A stretch of 64,000 nt of DNA from NCBI RefSeq assembly GCF_009914755.1, contig NC_060947.1; one strand, given 5' to 3'. The notes below the pieces were generated by a model, which saw nothing but the letters and a program-made list of their open reading frames with translations, ran no database searches and was not told the origin of the DNA. The stretch is from the human T2T-CHM13v2.0 reference genome, Homo sapiens. The translations under genes and the position numbers were made by a program. Below, piece by piece: positions 1-13,743 of the stretch. How positions within the stretch are numbered: the first letter of the stretch is position 1; each line of letters begins with the position of its first letter.

Positions 1-2430
1 GGTGTGGTGCTGAAAAAAATGTATATTCTGTTGATTTGGGGTGGAGAGTTCTGTAGATGTCTATTAGGTCCACTTGGTGCAGAGCTGAGTTCAATTCCTG
101 GGTATCCTTGTGAACTTTCTGTCTCGTTGATCTGTCTAATGTTGACAGTCGGGTGTTAAAGTCTCCCATTATTATTGTGTGGGAGTCTAAGTCTCTTTGT
201 AGGTCACCCAGGACTTGCTTTATGAATCTGGGTGCTGCTGTATTGGGTGCATATAATTGGACCATTTAGTCCATTTACATTTAAAGTTAATATTGTTATG
301 TGTGAATTCGATCCTGTCATTATGATGTTAGCTGGTTATTTTGATGGTTAGTTGATGCAGTTTCTTCCTAGCCTCGATGGTCTTTACAATTTGGCATGAT
401 TTTATAGTGGCTGGTACCGGTTGTTCCTTTCCATGTTTAGTGCTTCCTTCAGGAGCTCTGTTAGGGCAGGCCTGGTGGTGACAAAATCTCTCAGCATTTG
501 CTTGTCTGTAAAGTATTTTATTTCTCCTTCACTTTTGAAGCTTAGTTTGGCTGGATATGAAATTCTGGGTTGAAAATTCTTTTCTTTAAGAATGTTGAAT
601 ATTGGCCCCCACTGTCTTCTGGCTTGTAGAGTTTCTGCCAAGAGATCTGCTGTTAGTCTGATGGGCTTCCCTTTGTGGGTAACCTGACCTTTCTCTCTGG
701 CTGCCTTAACATTTTTTCCTTCATTTCAACGTTGGTGAATGTGACAATTATGTGTCTTGGAGTTGCTCTTCTTGAGGAGTATCTTTGTGGCATTCTCTGT
801 ATTTCCTGAATCTGAATGTTGGCCTGCCTTGCTAGATTGGGGAAGTTCTCCTGGATAATGTCCTGCAGAATGTTTTCCAGCTTGGTTCCATTCTCCCTGT
901 CACTTTCAGGTACACCAATCAGATGTAGATTTGGTCTTTTCACATAGTCCCATATTTCTTGGAGGCTTTGTTCGTTTCTTTTCATTCTTTTTTCTCTAAA
1001 CTTCCCTTTTCGCTTCATTTCATTCATTTCATCTTCCGTCACTGATACCCTTTCTTCCAGTTGGTCGCATCGGCTCCTGAGGCTGCTGCATTCTTCACGT
1101 AGTTCTCGAGCCTTGGCTTTCAACTCCATCAGCTCCTTTAAGCACTTCTCTGTATTGGTTATTCTAGTTATACATTCGTCTAAATTTTTTTTCAGTTTTC
1201 GACTTCTTTGCCTTTGGTTTGAATTTCCTCCTGTAGCTCAGAGTAGTTTTATCATCTGAAGTCTTCTCTCAACTCGTCAAAGTCATTCTCCGTCCAGCTT
1301 TGTTCTGTTGCTGGTGAGGAGCTGCATTCCTTTGGAAGAGGAGAGGCGCTCTGCTTTTTAGAGTTTCCAGTTTTTCTGCTCTGTTTTTTCCCCATCTTTG
1401 CGGTTTTATCTACTTTTGGTCTTTGATGATGGTGATGTACAGATGGGTTTTTGGTGTGGATGTCCTTTCTGTTTGTTAGTTTTCCTTCTAACAGACAGGA
1501 CCCTCAGCTGCAGGTCTGTTGGAGTTTGCTAGAGGTCCACTCCAGACGCTGTTTGCCTGGGTACCAGCAGCGGTGGCTGCAGAACAGTGGATTTTCTTGA
1601 ACCACGAATGCTGCTGTCTGATCATTCCTCTGCAAGTTTTGTCTCAGAGGAGTACCCGGCCGTGTGAGGTATCAGTCTGGCCCTACTTGGGGGGCCTCCC
1701 AGTTAGTCTGCTCGGGGGGTCAGGGGTCAGGGACCCACTTGAGGAGGCAGTCTGCCCGTTCTCAGATCTCCAGCTGCATGCTGGGAGAACCACTGCTCTC
1801 TTCAAAGCTGTCAGACAGGGACATTTAAGTCTGCAGAGGGTACTGCTGTCTTTTTGTTTGTGTGTGCCCTGCCCCCAGAGGTGGAGCCTACAGAGGCAGG
1901 CAGGCCTCCTTGAGCTGTGGTGGGCTCCACCCAGTTCGAGCTTCCCGGCTGCTTTGTTTACCTAAGCAAGCCTGGGCAATGGTGGGCGACCCTCCCCCAT
2001 CCTCGCTGCCACCTTGCAGTTTGATCTCAGACTGCTGTGCTAGCAATCAGTGAGACTCCATGGGCGTAGGACCCTCCGAGCCAGATGCGATATATATTCT
2101 CCTGGTGCGCCATTTTTTAAGCCCTTCGGAAAAGCGCAGTATTGGGGTGGGAGTGACCCGATTTTCCAGGTGCTGTCTGTCACCCCTTTCTTTGCTAGGA
2201 AAGGGAACTCCCTGACCCCTTGCACTTCCAGAGTGAGGCAATGCCTTGCCCTGCTTCAGCTCGTGCATAGTGCACTGCACCCACTGTCCTGCGCCCACTG
2301 TCTGGCACTCCCTAGTGAGATGAACCTGGTACCTCAGATGGAAATGCAGAAATCACCCGTCTTCTGCGTCACTCACACTGGGAGCTGTAGACCGGAGCTC
2401 TTCCTATTCGGCCATCTTGGCTCCACCTCC
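1..2430 (-). mobile_element. L1 (L1PA3/4-like): 5'UTR, frameshifted ORF1 and start of ORF2; continues off the left edge
   Basis: Minus strand begins GGAGGTGGAGCCAAGATGGCCGAATAGG at 2430. ORF1 peptides at 653-1129 and 402-641 (ending ERNNRYQPL). Endonuclease region at 1-330 has an internal deletion near 255. Confidence 0.95.
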
Positions 2431-3640
2431 GTTTTTCAAGGGTTTTAACTTCTTTGCTATGGGTTTGAACTTCCTTCTTTAGCTCGTAGAAGTTTGATCA
2501 TCTGAAGTCTTCTCTCAACTTGTCATTCTCCGTCCAGCTTTGTTCCATTGCTAGTGAGGAGCTGCATTCCTTTGGAGGAGGAGAGGTGCTCTGATTTTTA
2601 GAAGTTTCAGTTTTTCTCTTCTGTTTTTTCCCCGTCTTTGATGATGGTGATGTACAGATGGGATTTTGGTGTGGATGTCCTTTCTGTTAATTTTCCTTTT
2701 AACAGTCAGGACCCTCAGCTGCAGGTCTGTTGGAGTTTGCTGGAGGTCCACTCCAGACCCTGTTTGCCTGAGTATCAGCAGCAGAGGCTGCAGAACAGTG
2801 AATATTGCTGAACAGCAAAAGTTGCTCTCTGATCGTTCCTCTGGAGGTTTCGTCTCAGAGGGGTACCTGGCTGTGTGAGGTGTCAGTCTGCCCCTACTGC
2901 CCCTACTAGGGGGTGCCTCCCAGATAGGTTACTCGGGGGTCAGGGACCCAATTGAGGAGGCAGTCTGTCCGTTCTTAGATCTCAAACTCCGTGCTGGGAG
3001 AACCGCTACTCTCTTCGAAGCTGTCAGACAGGGACATTTAAGTACGCAGAAGTTTCTGCTACCTTTTGTTCAGCTATGCCCTGTCCCCAGGGGTGGAGTC
3101 TACAGAGGCAGGCAGGCCTCCTTGAGTTGCGGTGGGCTCCACCCATTTTGAGCTTCCTGGCTCCTTTTTTACCTACTCAACCCTCAGCAATGGCGGGCAC
3201 CCCTCCCCCAGCCTCGCTGCTGCCTTGCAGTTGGATCTCAGACTGCTGTGCTAGAAATGAGCGAGGCTCTGCGGGTGTGGGACCCTCTGAGCCAGGCACG
3301 GGATATAATCTCCTGGTGTGCCTTTTGCTAAGACCATTGGAAAAGCACAGTATTAGGGTGGGGGTGACCCGATTTCCCAGGTGCCGTCTCTCACAGATTT
3401 GCTTGGCTATGAAAGGGAATTCCCTGACCCCTTGTGCTTCCTGGGTGAGGCAATGCTTCACCCTGCTTCAGCTCATGCGTGGTGCGCTGCCCCCACTGTC
3501 CTGCACCCACTGTCTGACAAGCCCCAGTGAGATGAATCCAGTACCTCAGTTGGAAATGCAGAAATCACCCATCTTCTGCGTTGCTCACACTGGGAGCTGT
3601 AGACTGGAGCTGTTCCTCTTCAGCCATCTTGGAACCACCA
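2431..3640 (-). mobile_element. Second, older L1 (L1PA5/6-like) 5'UTR plus ORF1 N-terminus, interrupted by the L1 at 1-2430
   Basis: A second diverged copy of the 5'UTR/ORF1 start (compare 1190-2430). Minus strand begins GGTTCCAAGATGGCTGAAGAGGAACAGCTCC. Confidence 0.9.
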
Positions 3641-3661
3641 ACAGATGGTGTTTATATATAT

Positions 3662-3733
3662 ACAATCATGTGTCACTTAATGATGGTGATACCTTCTGAG
3701 AAAGGCATGGTTAGGTGATTTTTGTTGTTGTAT
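3662..3733 (+). mobile_element. Tigger3a/MER7-type DNA transposon, left fragment
   Basis: CAATCATGTGTCACTTAATGATGGTGATACCTTCTGAGAAAGGCATGGTTAGGTGATTTT resembles the Tigger3a end. The element resumes at 14245. Confidence 0.8.
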
Positions 3734-5053
3734 TGATGGCAGCGACATGTTGTCTGGAGTGGCCACTGCCATCATGCTGGTTGTGCTCTCCATGGAGCCA
3801 GTGGGAGCAGGGACAAGTGGAAGCCTGGCCCCTTCAAAGTTGACGTGGGAACTTCCTATGTGTCCCTGCAGCCACCCAAGCCATGGCTGTGGACCTAGAC
3901 ATCTCTGAGCTCTTGGGCATGGAAGCAGGCGGGAGCCCCGCCCTCCAGGGCACAGCTGCAACCAAACAAACAACAGCTGCAGACCTGGGCCTCCCACTCC
4001 AGGGAGCAGGCAAGAGCCCCAACCACCCCCCACGCACCTGTGGACGCAGGCATCTCTGCACTCTTGGGGCCCAGGAAGGTCCTTCATGCCATTGCAGGTT
4101 TGGAAGTGCCTGCTCCTGCTGACTGGCTTCTCCCTGCTGTTGGCACCCACTCCAATTTCGGAGCATAGTTGGTGCTGAGCCCAGGCACTGTTGCATCCCA
4201 GCCAGGCGTGCATGTGCTTGGTGCAGTGCTGACATGAAAGCCCCCTGCCACCCCAGCCCTTTCCATTCTTTGAGCACTGACAGGAAGCTGAGGGGAGGCT
4301 GAGGGCAGCTGAGGCTGGCCTGCAGGCTCCCCTTGGCACCTACAGCCTGGGCACTATGAATGGCAGCAGGAGACAGACAGGTTCCAAGCCAGAAGTGTGT
4401 AGGTCCCTGGTGAGGCTCCACCTTCAGGCCAGGGAGGGCCTGAAGGCTGGGGGTTGAGCTGCCAGCCCTGTGGACCAGAGTGGGAACTTGTGGTGCCTTT
4501 TCTGGGGCTGCCCATGGCTGCCCATGGACCAAACAGCTCACACTTTCTCCCCTCTGAGTCCCGTAAAAGCCTCGGGCTCAGCCAGAGCTGAGCAGTCATC
4601 AGGATGACGAGCTGCAGAGAGGAGCACCCCATTCTAAGGCCTCCTGTCTGTTGAGAGCTGCAGAGATGACGGGATGACCTGCCTGTAGAGATGAGCCACC
4701 TACTCTAGGGCCTCCTGTCTGCTGAGAGCTGCACAGACAATGGGACAACCAGCTGCAGAGAGGAGCTACACTCTCTGTTGATAGCTGAACACTTGTCCAG
4801 ACAACTTGCCTAGCAGAGAGGAGCTAACCTCTATGCTAGGAGATGAACACTCATTGGAACACCCTGGTTGTGGAAAGGAGCTGTCCCCTGTAGATTTCAC
4901 CTGAGATGTTCTATTGCTCAATAAAGCTCCCCTTTGTCTTGTTTGCCCTCCATTTGTCTGCATACCTCATTCTTCCTGGGCTCAGGACAAGAAGTCAGGA
5001 CCTGCTGAATGAGGCTAAAAGAGCTGTAACACAAACGTGGCTCAGACATGCTC

Positions 5054-8000
5054 TGTATTAGTCCGTTTTCATGCTGCTGATAAAGACATGCCAGAGACTG
5101 GGAAGAAAAAGAGGTTTTACAGTTCCACATGGCTGGGGAGGCCTCAAAATCATGGCAGAAGGCAAGGAGGAGCAAGTCATGTCTTACATGGGTGGTGGCA
5201 CACAGAGAGCTTGTGTAGGGAAACTCTCATTCTGTAAAACCATCAGATCTTGTGATACTTATTCAGTATCATGAGAACAACATGGAATAGACTTGCCCCC
5301 ATTATTTAATTACCTCACACCAGGTCCCTCCGACAACACATGGGAATTGAAGATGAGATTTGGGTGGGGACACAGCCAAACCATATCATTCCTCCCCTGG
5401 CCCCTCCCAAATTTCATGTCCGCATATTACAAAATGAATCGTGCCTTCCCAACAGTCCCCCAAAGTCTTAACTCATTTCAGCATTAACTCAAAAGTCCAT
5501 AGTCCAAAGTCTCATCCAAGACAAGGCAAGTCCCTTCTGCCTATGAGCTTGTAAAATCAAAAGCAAGTTAGTTACTTCCTAGATACAATGGGGGTATAGG
5601 CATTGGGTAAATACAGCCATTCCAAATGGGAGAAATTGGCCAAAACAAAGGGACTACAGGCCCAAAGCAAGTCCAAAATCCAGCAGGGCAGTAAAATCTT
5701 AAAGCTCCAAAATGATTTTCTTTGACTCCATGTCTCACATCCAGGCCAGGCTGATGCAAGAGGTGGGCTCCCACAGCCTTGGGCAGCTCCACCACTGTGG
5801 CTTTGCAGGGTATAGCCCCTCTCCTGGCTGCTTTCATGGGCTGGCATTGAGTGTCTATGGCTTTTCCAGGCACATGGTGCAAGCTGTTGGTGGATCTACC
5901 ATTCTGAGTTCTGGAGGACAATGGCCTTCTTCTCATAGTTCCAGTAGGCGCTGCCCCAGTAGGGACTCTGTGGTTGTGCTCCACCCCTACATTTCCCTTC
6001 CACACTGCCTTAGCAGACATTCTCCATGAGGGCCTTGCCCCTGCAGCAAATTTCTGCCTGGGCATCCAAGCATTTTCATACATCTTCTGAAATCTAGGCA
6101 GAGGTCCCCAAACCTCAATTCTTGACTTCTGTGCACCTGCAGGCTCAACACCACATGGAAGGTGCCAAGGCTTGGGGATTCCACCCTCTAAAGCAGTGGC
6201 CCAAGCTGTAACTTGGCCCCTTTAGCAACGACTGGAGTGGCTGGAATGCAATGTACCAAGTCCCTAGGTTGCACAGAGCAGGGGAGCTGTGGGCCTGCCC
6301 CATGAAACCATCTTCTCCTCCTAGACTTCCAGGCCTGTGATGGGAGGAGCTGTCATGAAGATCTCTGACATGCCCTGGAGACATTTTCCCCATTGTCTTG
6401 GGGATGATCATTCAGCTCCTTGTTACTTATGCAAATTTCTGCAGCTGGCTTGAATTTCTCCTCAGAAAATGGGACTTTCTTTTCTACTGCATCATCAGGC
6501 TGCAGATTTTCTGAATTTTTATGCTCTGTTTCCCTTTTAAAACTGAATGCTTTTAACAGCACCCAAGCCCCCTATTAAACGCTTTGCTGCTTAGAAATTT
6601 CTTCCACCAGATACCCTAAATCATCTCTCTCAAGTTCAAAGTTCCACAAATCTCTAGGGCACAGGCAAAATGCCACCAGTTTCTTTGCTAAAACATAACA
6701 AGAGTCACCTTTATTCCATTTCCCAACAAGTTTCTCATCTCCGTCTGAGACCACCTCAGCCTGGACCTTATTGTTCATATGATTATCAGTATTTTTGTCA
6801 AAGCCATTCAACAAGTCCCTAGGAAGTTCCAAATTTTCCCACATGTTTCTGTCTTCTTCTGAGCTCTCCAAACAGTTCCAATCTCTGCTTGTTACCCAGT
6901 TCTAAAGTTGCTTCCACATTTCTGGGTATCTTTTCAGCAATGCCCCACTCTACTGGTACCAATTTACTGTATTAGTCCATTTTCATGCTGCTGATAAAGA
7001 CATACCCAAGACTGGGAAGAAAAAGGAGTTTAATGGACTTACAGTTCCACATGGCTGGGGAGGCCTCACAATCATGGCAGAAGGCAAGGAGAAGCAAGTC
7101 ACTTCTTACATGGATGGCAGCAAGCAAAGAGAGAGTTTGTTCAGGGAAACTCTCATTTTTAAAAAAATTTTACTTTAAGTTCTGGGATACGTGTGCAGAA
7201 CCTGCAGGTTTGTTACATAGGTACACAGGAGTACATGTGCCATGGTGGTTTGCTGCATCTATCAACTCATCTTCTAGGTTCAAAGCCCCACATGCATTAG
7301 CTATTTGTCCTAATGCTCTCCTTCTGCTTGTCCCTAATCCCCCAACAGGCCCAGGTGCATGATGTTCCCCTCCCTGTGTCCATGTATTCTCATTTTCCAA
7401 CTCCCACTTATGAGTGAGAACATGCAGTGTTTGTTTTTTCTGTTCCTGTGTTAGTTTGCTGAGAATGATGGCTTCCAGATTCATCCATGTCCCTGCAAAG
7501 GACATGAACTCATTTTTTAAATGGCTGCATAGTATTCCGTGGTGTACATCTGCCACATTTTCTTTATCCAGTCTATCATTGATGGGCATTTGGGTTGGTT
7601 CCAAGTCTTTGCTATTGTGAACAGTGCTACAATAAACATACGTGTGCATGAGTCTTTATAGTAGAATGATTTATAATCCTTTGGGTATATACCCAGTAAT
7701 GGGATTGCTGGGTCAAATGGCATTTCTGGTTCTAGATCCTTGAGGAATTGCCACACTGTCTTCACACAATGGTTGAACTAATTTACACTCCCAACAGTGT
7801 AAAAGCATTTGTGTTTCTCCACAGACCCACCAGCATCTACTGTTCCCTGACTTTTTAATAATCACCATTCTAACTGGCATGAGATGGTATCTCATTGTGG
7901 TTTTGATTTGCATTTCTCTAATGACCAGTGATGATGAGCTTTTTTCATGTTTGTTGGCCACATAAATGTCTTCTTTTGAGAAGTGTCTGTTCATATCCCT

Positions 8001-11000
8001 CACCCACTTTTTGAAGGGGTTGTTTTTTTCTTGTAAATTTGTTTAAGTTCCTTGCAGATTTTGGATATTAGACCTGTCAGATGGGTAGATTGCAAAAATT
8101 TTCTCCCATTCTTTTGGTTGCCTGTTCACTCTGATGATAGTTTCATTTTTTGTGCGGAAGCTCTTTAGTTTGATTAGATCCCGTTTGTCAATTTTGGCTT
8201 TTGTTGCAATTGCTTTTGGTGTTGTAGTCATGAATTCTTTGCTCAGGCCTACGTCCTGAATGGTACTGCCTAGGTTTTCTTCTAAGATTTTTATGGTTTT
8301 TGGGTTTTACATTTAAGTATTTAATCCATCTTGAGTTAATTTTTGTATAAGGTGTAAGGAAGGGGTCCAGTTTCTGTTTTCTGTATACGGCTAGCCAGGT
8401 TTCCCAGCACCATTTATTAAATAGGGAATTCTTTCCCTATTGCTTGTTTTTGTCAGATTTGTTGAAGATCAGATGGTTGTAGATGTGTGGTGTTATTTCT
8501 GAAGTCTCTGTTCTGTTGTGTTGGTCTGTATATCTGTTTTGCTACCTGTACCATGCTGTTTTGGTTACTGTAGCTTTGTAGTATAGTTTGAAGTCAGGTA
8601 GCATGATACCTTCAGCTCTTTTATTTTTATTTTTTTTATTTTTTATTTTTTGCTTAGGATTGTCTTGGCTATACAGGCTCTTTTTTGGTTCCATATGAAG
8701 TTTAATGTAGTTTTTTTCTAATTCTACAAAGAAAGTCACTGGTAGCTTGATAGGAATAGCATAGAATCTATAAATTACTTTTGGCCATATGGCCATTTTC
8801 ACAATATTGATTCTTCCTATCCATAAGCATGGATTTTTTTTCCATTTGTTTGTGTCCTCTCTTATTTCCTTGAGCAGTGTTTTTTAGTTCTCCTTGAAAA
8901 GGTCCTTCACGTCCCTTGAAAGTTGTATTCCTAGGTATTTTATTCTCTTTGTAGCAATTGTGAATGGGAGTTCACTCATGATTTGGCTCTCCGCTTGTCA
9001 ATTGTTGGTGTGTAGGAATGCTTATGATTTTTGCACATTGATTTATATCCGGAGACTTTGCTAAAGTTGCTTATCAGCTTAAGGAATTTTTGGGCTGAGA
9101 TGATGGGGTTTTCTAAATATACAATCATGTCATCTGCAAACAGAGACAATTTTATTTTCTCTCTTCCTATTTGAATAACCTTTATTTCTTTCTCTTGCCT
9201 GATTGCTCTGGCCAGAACTTCCAATACTATGTTGAATAGGAGTGGTGAGAGGGCATTCTTGTCTTGTGCCGGCTTTCAAAGGGAATGTTTCCAGCTTTTT
9301 CCCTTTCAGTATGATATTGGCTATGGGTTTGTCATAAATAGCTCTTATTATTTTGAGATATGTTCCATCAATACCTAGTTTACTGAGAGTTTTTAGCATG
9401 AAGGGATGTTGAATTCTATTGAAAGCCTTTTCTGCATCTATTGAGATAATTATGTGGTTTTTGTCATTGATTTTGTTTATGTGATGGATTACTTTTATTG
9501 ATTTGCATATGTTGATCCAGGCTTGCATCTCAGGGATAAAGCCGTCTTGATTGTGGTGGATAAGCTTTTGATGTGCTGCTGGATTCGGTTTGCCAGTATT
9601 TTATTGAGGATTTTTGTATTGATGTTCATCAAGGATACTGGCCTGAAATTTTCTTTTTTTTGTTGTGTCCCTCCCAGGTTTTGGTGTCAGGATGATGCTG
9701 GCCTCATAAAATGAGTTAAGGAGGAGTCCCCCTTTTTCTATTGTTTGGAATAGTTTCAGAAGGAATGGTACCAGCTCCTCTTTATACCTCTGGTAGAATT
9801 CAGCTGTGAATTCATCTGGTCCCAGGCTTTTTTTGGTTGGTAGGCTATTAATTACTGCCTCAATTTCAGAACTTGTTATTGGCCTATTCAGGGAATCAAT
9901 TTCTTCCTGGTTTAGTCTTGGGAGGGTGTATGTGTCCAGGAATTTATCCACTTCTCCTAGATTTTCTAGTTTATTTGCACAGAGGTGTTTATAGTATTCT
10001 CTGATGGTAGTTTGTATTTCTATGGGATCAGTTGTGATATCCCCTATATCATTTTTTATTGTGTCTATTTGATTCTTCTCTCTTTTCTTCTTTATTAGTC
10101 TACCTAGTGGTCCATCTATTTTGTTAGTCTTTTCAAAAAACCAGCTCCTGAATTTGTTCAGTTTTTGAAGGGTTTTTCGTGTCTCTGTCTCCTTCAATTC
10201 TGCTCTGATATTATTTATTTCTTGTCTTTTGCTAGCTTTTGAATTTTTTGCTTTTGCTTCTCCAGTTCTTTTAATTGTGATGTTAGGGTGTCGATTTTAG
10301 ATCTTTCCTGCTTTCTGTTGTGGGCATTAATGCTGTAAATTTCCCTCTTAACACAGCTTTAGCTGTGTCCCAGAGATTCTGGTACATTGTCTTTTTGTTC
10401 TCATTAGTTTCAAAGAACTTATTTATTTCTGCCTTAATTTAGTTATTTACCCAGTAGTCATTCAGGAGCAGGTTGTTCAATTTCCATGTAATTGTGTGGC
10501 TTTGAGTGAGTTTGTTAATCCTGAGTTCTAATTTGATTGCGCTGTGGTCTGAGAGACTGTTATGGTTTCCATTCTTTTCCATTTGCTGAGGAGTGTTTTA
10601 CTTCCAATTATATGGTCGATTTTAGAATATATGCTATGTGACACTGAGAAGAATGTATATTCTGTTGATTAAGGGTGGAGAGTTCTGTAGCTGTCTATTA
10701 GGTCCACTTGGTCCAGAGCTGAGTTCAAGTCTTGAATATCCTTATTAATTTTCTGTCTCATTGATCTGTCTAATATTGATAGTGGGGTGTTAAAGTCTCT
10801 CACTATTAGTGTGTGGGAGTTTAGGTCTTTTTGTAGGTCTCCAAGAACTTGTTTTATGAATCTGGGTGCTCCTGTATTGGGTGCATGTATATTTTGGGTA
10901 GTTAACTCTTCTTTTTATGTTGATCCCTTTACCATTATGCAATTCTCTTCTTCATTTTTTTTTTTATCTTTGTTGGTTTAAAGCCTGTTTTATCAGAGAC

Positions 11001-13743
11001 TAGGATTGCAACCCCTGCTTTTTTTGCTTTCTATTTGCTTGGTAAATATTCTTCAACATCTTTATTTTGAGCCTATGTGTGTCTTTGCACGTGACATGGG
11101 TCTCCTGAATAGAGCACACTGATGGGTCTTGACTCTATCCAATTTGCCAGCCTGTGTCTTTTAATTGGGGCATTTAGCCCATTTACATTTAAGGTTAATA
11201 TTATTATGTGTGAATTTGATCCTGTCATCATGATGCTAGCTGGTTATTTTGCAGATTAATTGATGCAGTTTCTTCATAGTGTCATTGGTCTTTATATTTT
11301 GATGTGTTTTTGCAGTGGCTGGTACCAGTTTTTCCTTTCCATATTTAGTGCTTCCTTCAGGAGCTCTTGTAAGGCAGGCCTGGTAGTGACAAAATCCCTC
11401 AGCATTTGCTTGTCTGAAAAGGATTTTAGTTCTCCTTTGTTTATGAGGCTTAGTTTGACTGGGTATGAAATTCTGGGTTGAAAACTCTTTTCTTTAAGAA
11501 TGTTGAATATTGGCCCCCACTCTCTTCTGAGTTCTAGCGTTTCTGCAGAGATATACACTGTCAGTCTGATGGGCTTTCCTTTGTAGGTAACCTGACCTTT
11601 CTCTCTGGCTGCCCTTAACATTTTTTCCTTCGTTTCAACCTTGGAGAATCTGACAATTGTGTGTCTTGGGGTTGCTCTTCTCAAGGAGTATCTTTGTGGT
11701 GTTCTCTGTTTTTCCTGAATTTGAATGTTGGTCTATCTTGCTAGGTTGGGGAAGTTCTCCTGGATAATATCCTGAAGTGTGTTTTCCAAGGTGGTTCCAT
11801 TCTCCCCATCACTTTCAGGGACCCCAATCAATCATGTTTGGTCTTTTCACATAGTCCCATACTTCTTGGATGCTTTGTTCATTCTTCAATCTGAGATATC
11901 CTTCTTCTGCTTGATTGATCCAGCTATTGATACTCAGTGTATGCTTTATGAAGTTCTTGTGATGTGTTTTTCAGCTCCATCAGGTCATTTATGTTCCTCT
12001 TCAAACTTGTTATTCTAGTAGCAGTTCCTGTAACATTTTCTCAAGGTTTTTAGCTTCCTTTCATTGGGTTAGAACATACTCCTTTAGCTCAGAAGAGTTT
12101 GTTATTACCCACCTTCTGAAGCCTACTTCTGTCAATTCGTCAATCTCATTCTCCATCCAGTTTTGTGCCCTTGCTGGAGAGGAGTTGTAATCATTTGGAG
12201 GAGAAGAGGGATTCTGGTTTTTTGAATTTTCAGCATTTTTGCCTTGGTTTTTCCTTATCTTCATGGATTTGTCTGCCTCTGATCTTTAAGATTGATGATC
12301 TTTGGGTGGGGTTTTTGTGGGCGGGTCCTTTATGTTGATGTTGTTGCTTTCTGTTAGTTTTTCTTCTAACAGTCAGGCCCCTCTTCTGCAGGCCTGCTGC
12401 AGTTTGCTGGAGGTTCACTCCAGACCCTGTTGGCCTTGGTGTCACCAGTGGAGGCTGCAGAACAGCGAAGATTGCTGCCTGCTCCTTTCTCTGGAAACTT
12501 CATCCAAGAGTGACACTGGCCTGATGCCAGCTGGAGCTTTCCTGTATGAGGTGTCTGTCGACCACTGTTGGGAGGTTTCTCCCAGTCAGGAGGCGCGAGG
12601 TTCAGGGACCCACTTGAGGAGGTACTCTGTCCCTTAGCAGAGATGTTGCACTGTGCTGGGAGAATCCCTCTTGTCAAGATCAGCTGCTCTCTTCAGAGCC
12701 GGCAGGCAGGAACAATTAAATCCACTGAAGCTGCGCCCACAGCTGCCCCTTCCCCCAGGTGCTCTGTCCCAGAGAGATGGGAGTTTTGTCTGTAAGCCCC
12801 TGACTGGGGCTGTTACCTTTCCTTCAGAGATGCCCTGCCCAATGAGGAGGAATCTAGAGAAGCGGTCTGGCCACAGCCGCTTTGCTGCTCCTGGCCCAGA
12901 CCTCCTAGCCTCCTTAGAACTGTCAGGGGAAAACTGCCTACTGAAGCCTCGGTAATGGTGGACGCCCCTTCCCCCACCAAGCTCAGTCATTCCAGGTCGA
13001 CTTGAGACTGATGTGCTGGCAGTAAGAGCTTCTAGCCAGTGGTTCTTAGTTTGCTGTGCTCTGTGGGAGTGGGACCCGCTGAGTGAGACCACTTGGCTCC
13101 TGGCTTCAGCCCCCTTTCCAGGGGAGTGAAAGGTTCTGTCTCACTGGGGTTCCAGGTGCCACTGGGGTACGAAAAAATACTCCTGCAGCTAGCTCAGTGT
13201 CTGCCCAAATAGCCTCCCAGTTTTGTGTTTGAAACCCAGGGCCCTGGTGGTGTAGGCACACCAGGGAATCTCTTGATCTGCAGATTGCAAAAACTGTGGG
13301 AAAAGCGTGATAACCCGGTCAGGTAGCACAGTCCCTCACTGCTTCCCTTGGCTGGGGGAGGGAGGTCCCCTGCTCCTTGCACTTCCCAGATGAAGCGACA
13401 CCCCACCCTGCTTCCGCTCGCCCTCCATGGGTTGGACCCACTGCCTAACAAGTCCCAATGAGATGAACTGGGTGCCTCAGTTGGAAATGCAGAAATTACC
13501 CACCTTCTGTGTTGGTCTCGCTGGGAGCTCCAGAGTGGAGCTGTTCCTATTCGGACATCTTGGCCCCTCCCCATCAAAACTCTCATTTTTAAAACCATCA
13601 GATCTCATGAAACTTATTCACTATCATGAGAACAGCTGGGAAAAGACTTGCCCCCATGATTCAATTACACCCCACTGCATCCCTCCCACAACACATGGGT
13701 ATTGAAAATGAGATTTGGGTGGGAACACAGCCAAACCATATTA
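5054..13743 (-). mobile_element. Full-length THE1 (THE1C-like) MaLR: LTR 5054-5388, internal 5389-6967, second LTR split into 6968-7164 and 13577-13743
   Basis: Two LTRs running TGTATTAGTCC...AAACCATATCA/TTA. THE1-int ORF remnant at 6575-6871. 5-bp TSD TGCTC / TGCCC at 5049-5053 and 13744-13748. Confidence 0.9.
7165..13576 (-). mobile_element. Full-length L1 (L1PA7/8-like) with disrupted ORF1 and ORF2
   Basis: 5'UTR at about 12300-13576, ORF1 fragments 11292-12264, ORF2 fragments 7517-10197, 3'UTR near 7170. TSD AAACTCTCATTTTTAAAA at 7147-7164 and 13577-13594. Confidence 0.95.

Noticed and set aside
240-270. ~270-bp deletion in the L1 endonuclease region (similar deletions near 11880, 52435 and 55750)
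   Set aside because: Ordinary post-insertion decay.
3677-4632. Overlapping 220- and 235-aa ORFs
   Set aside because: They lie in the GC-rich MER52 LTR, where stop codons are scarce by composition.
4600-4860. ~60-bp repeated units that look array-like
   Set aside because: These are internal tandem repeats of the LTR. They lack unique spacers and the DNA is eukaryotic, so this is not a CRISPR array.
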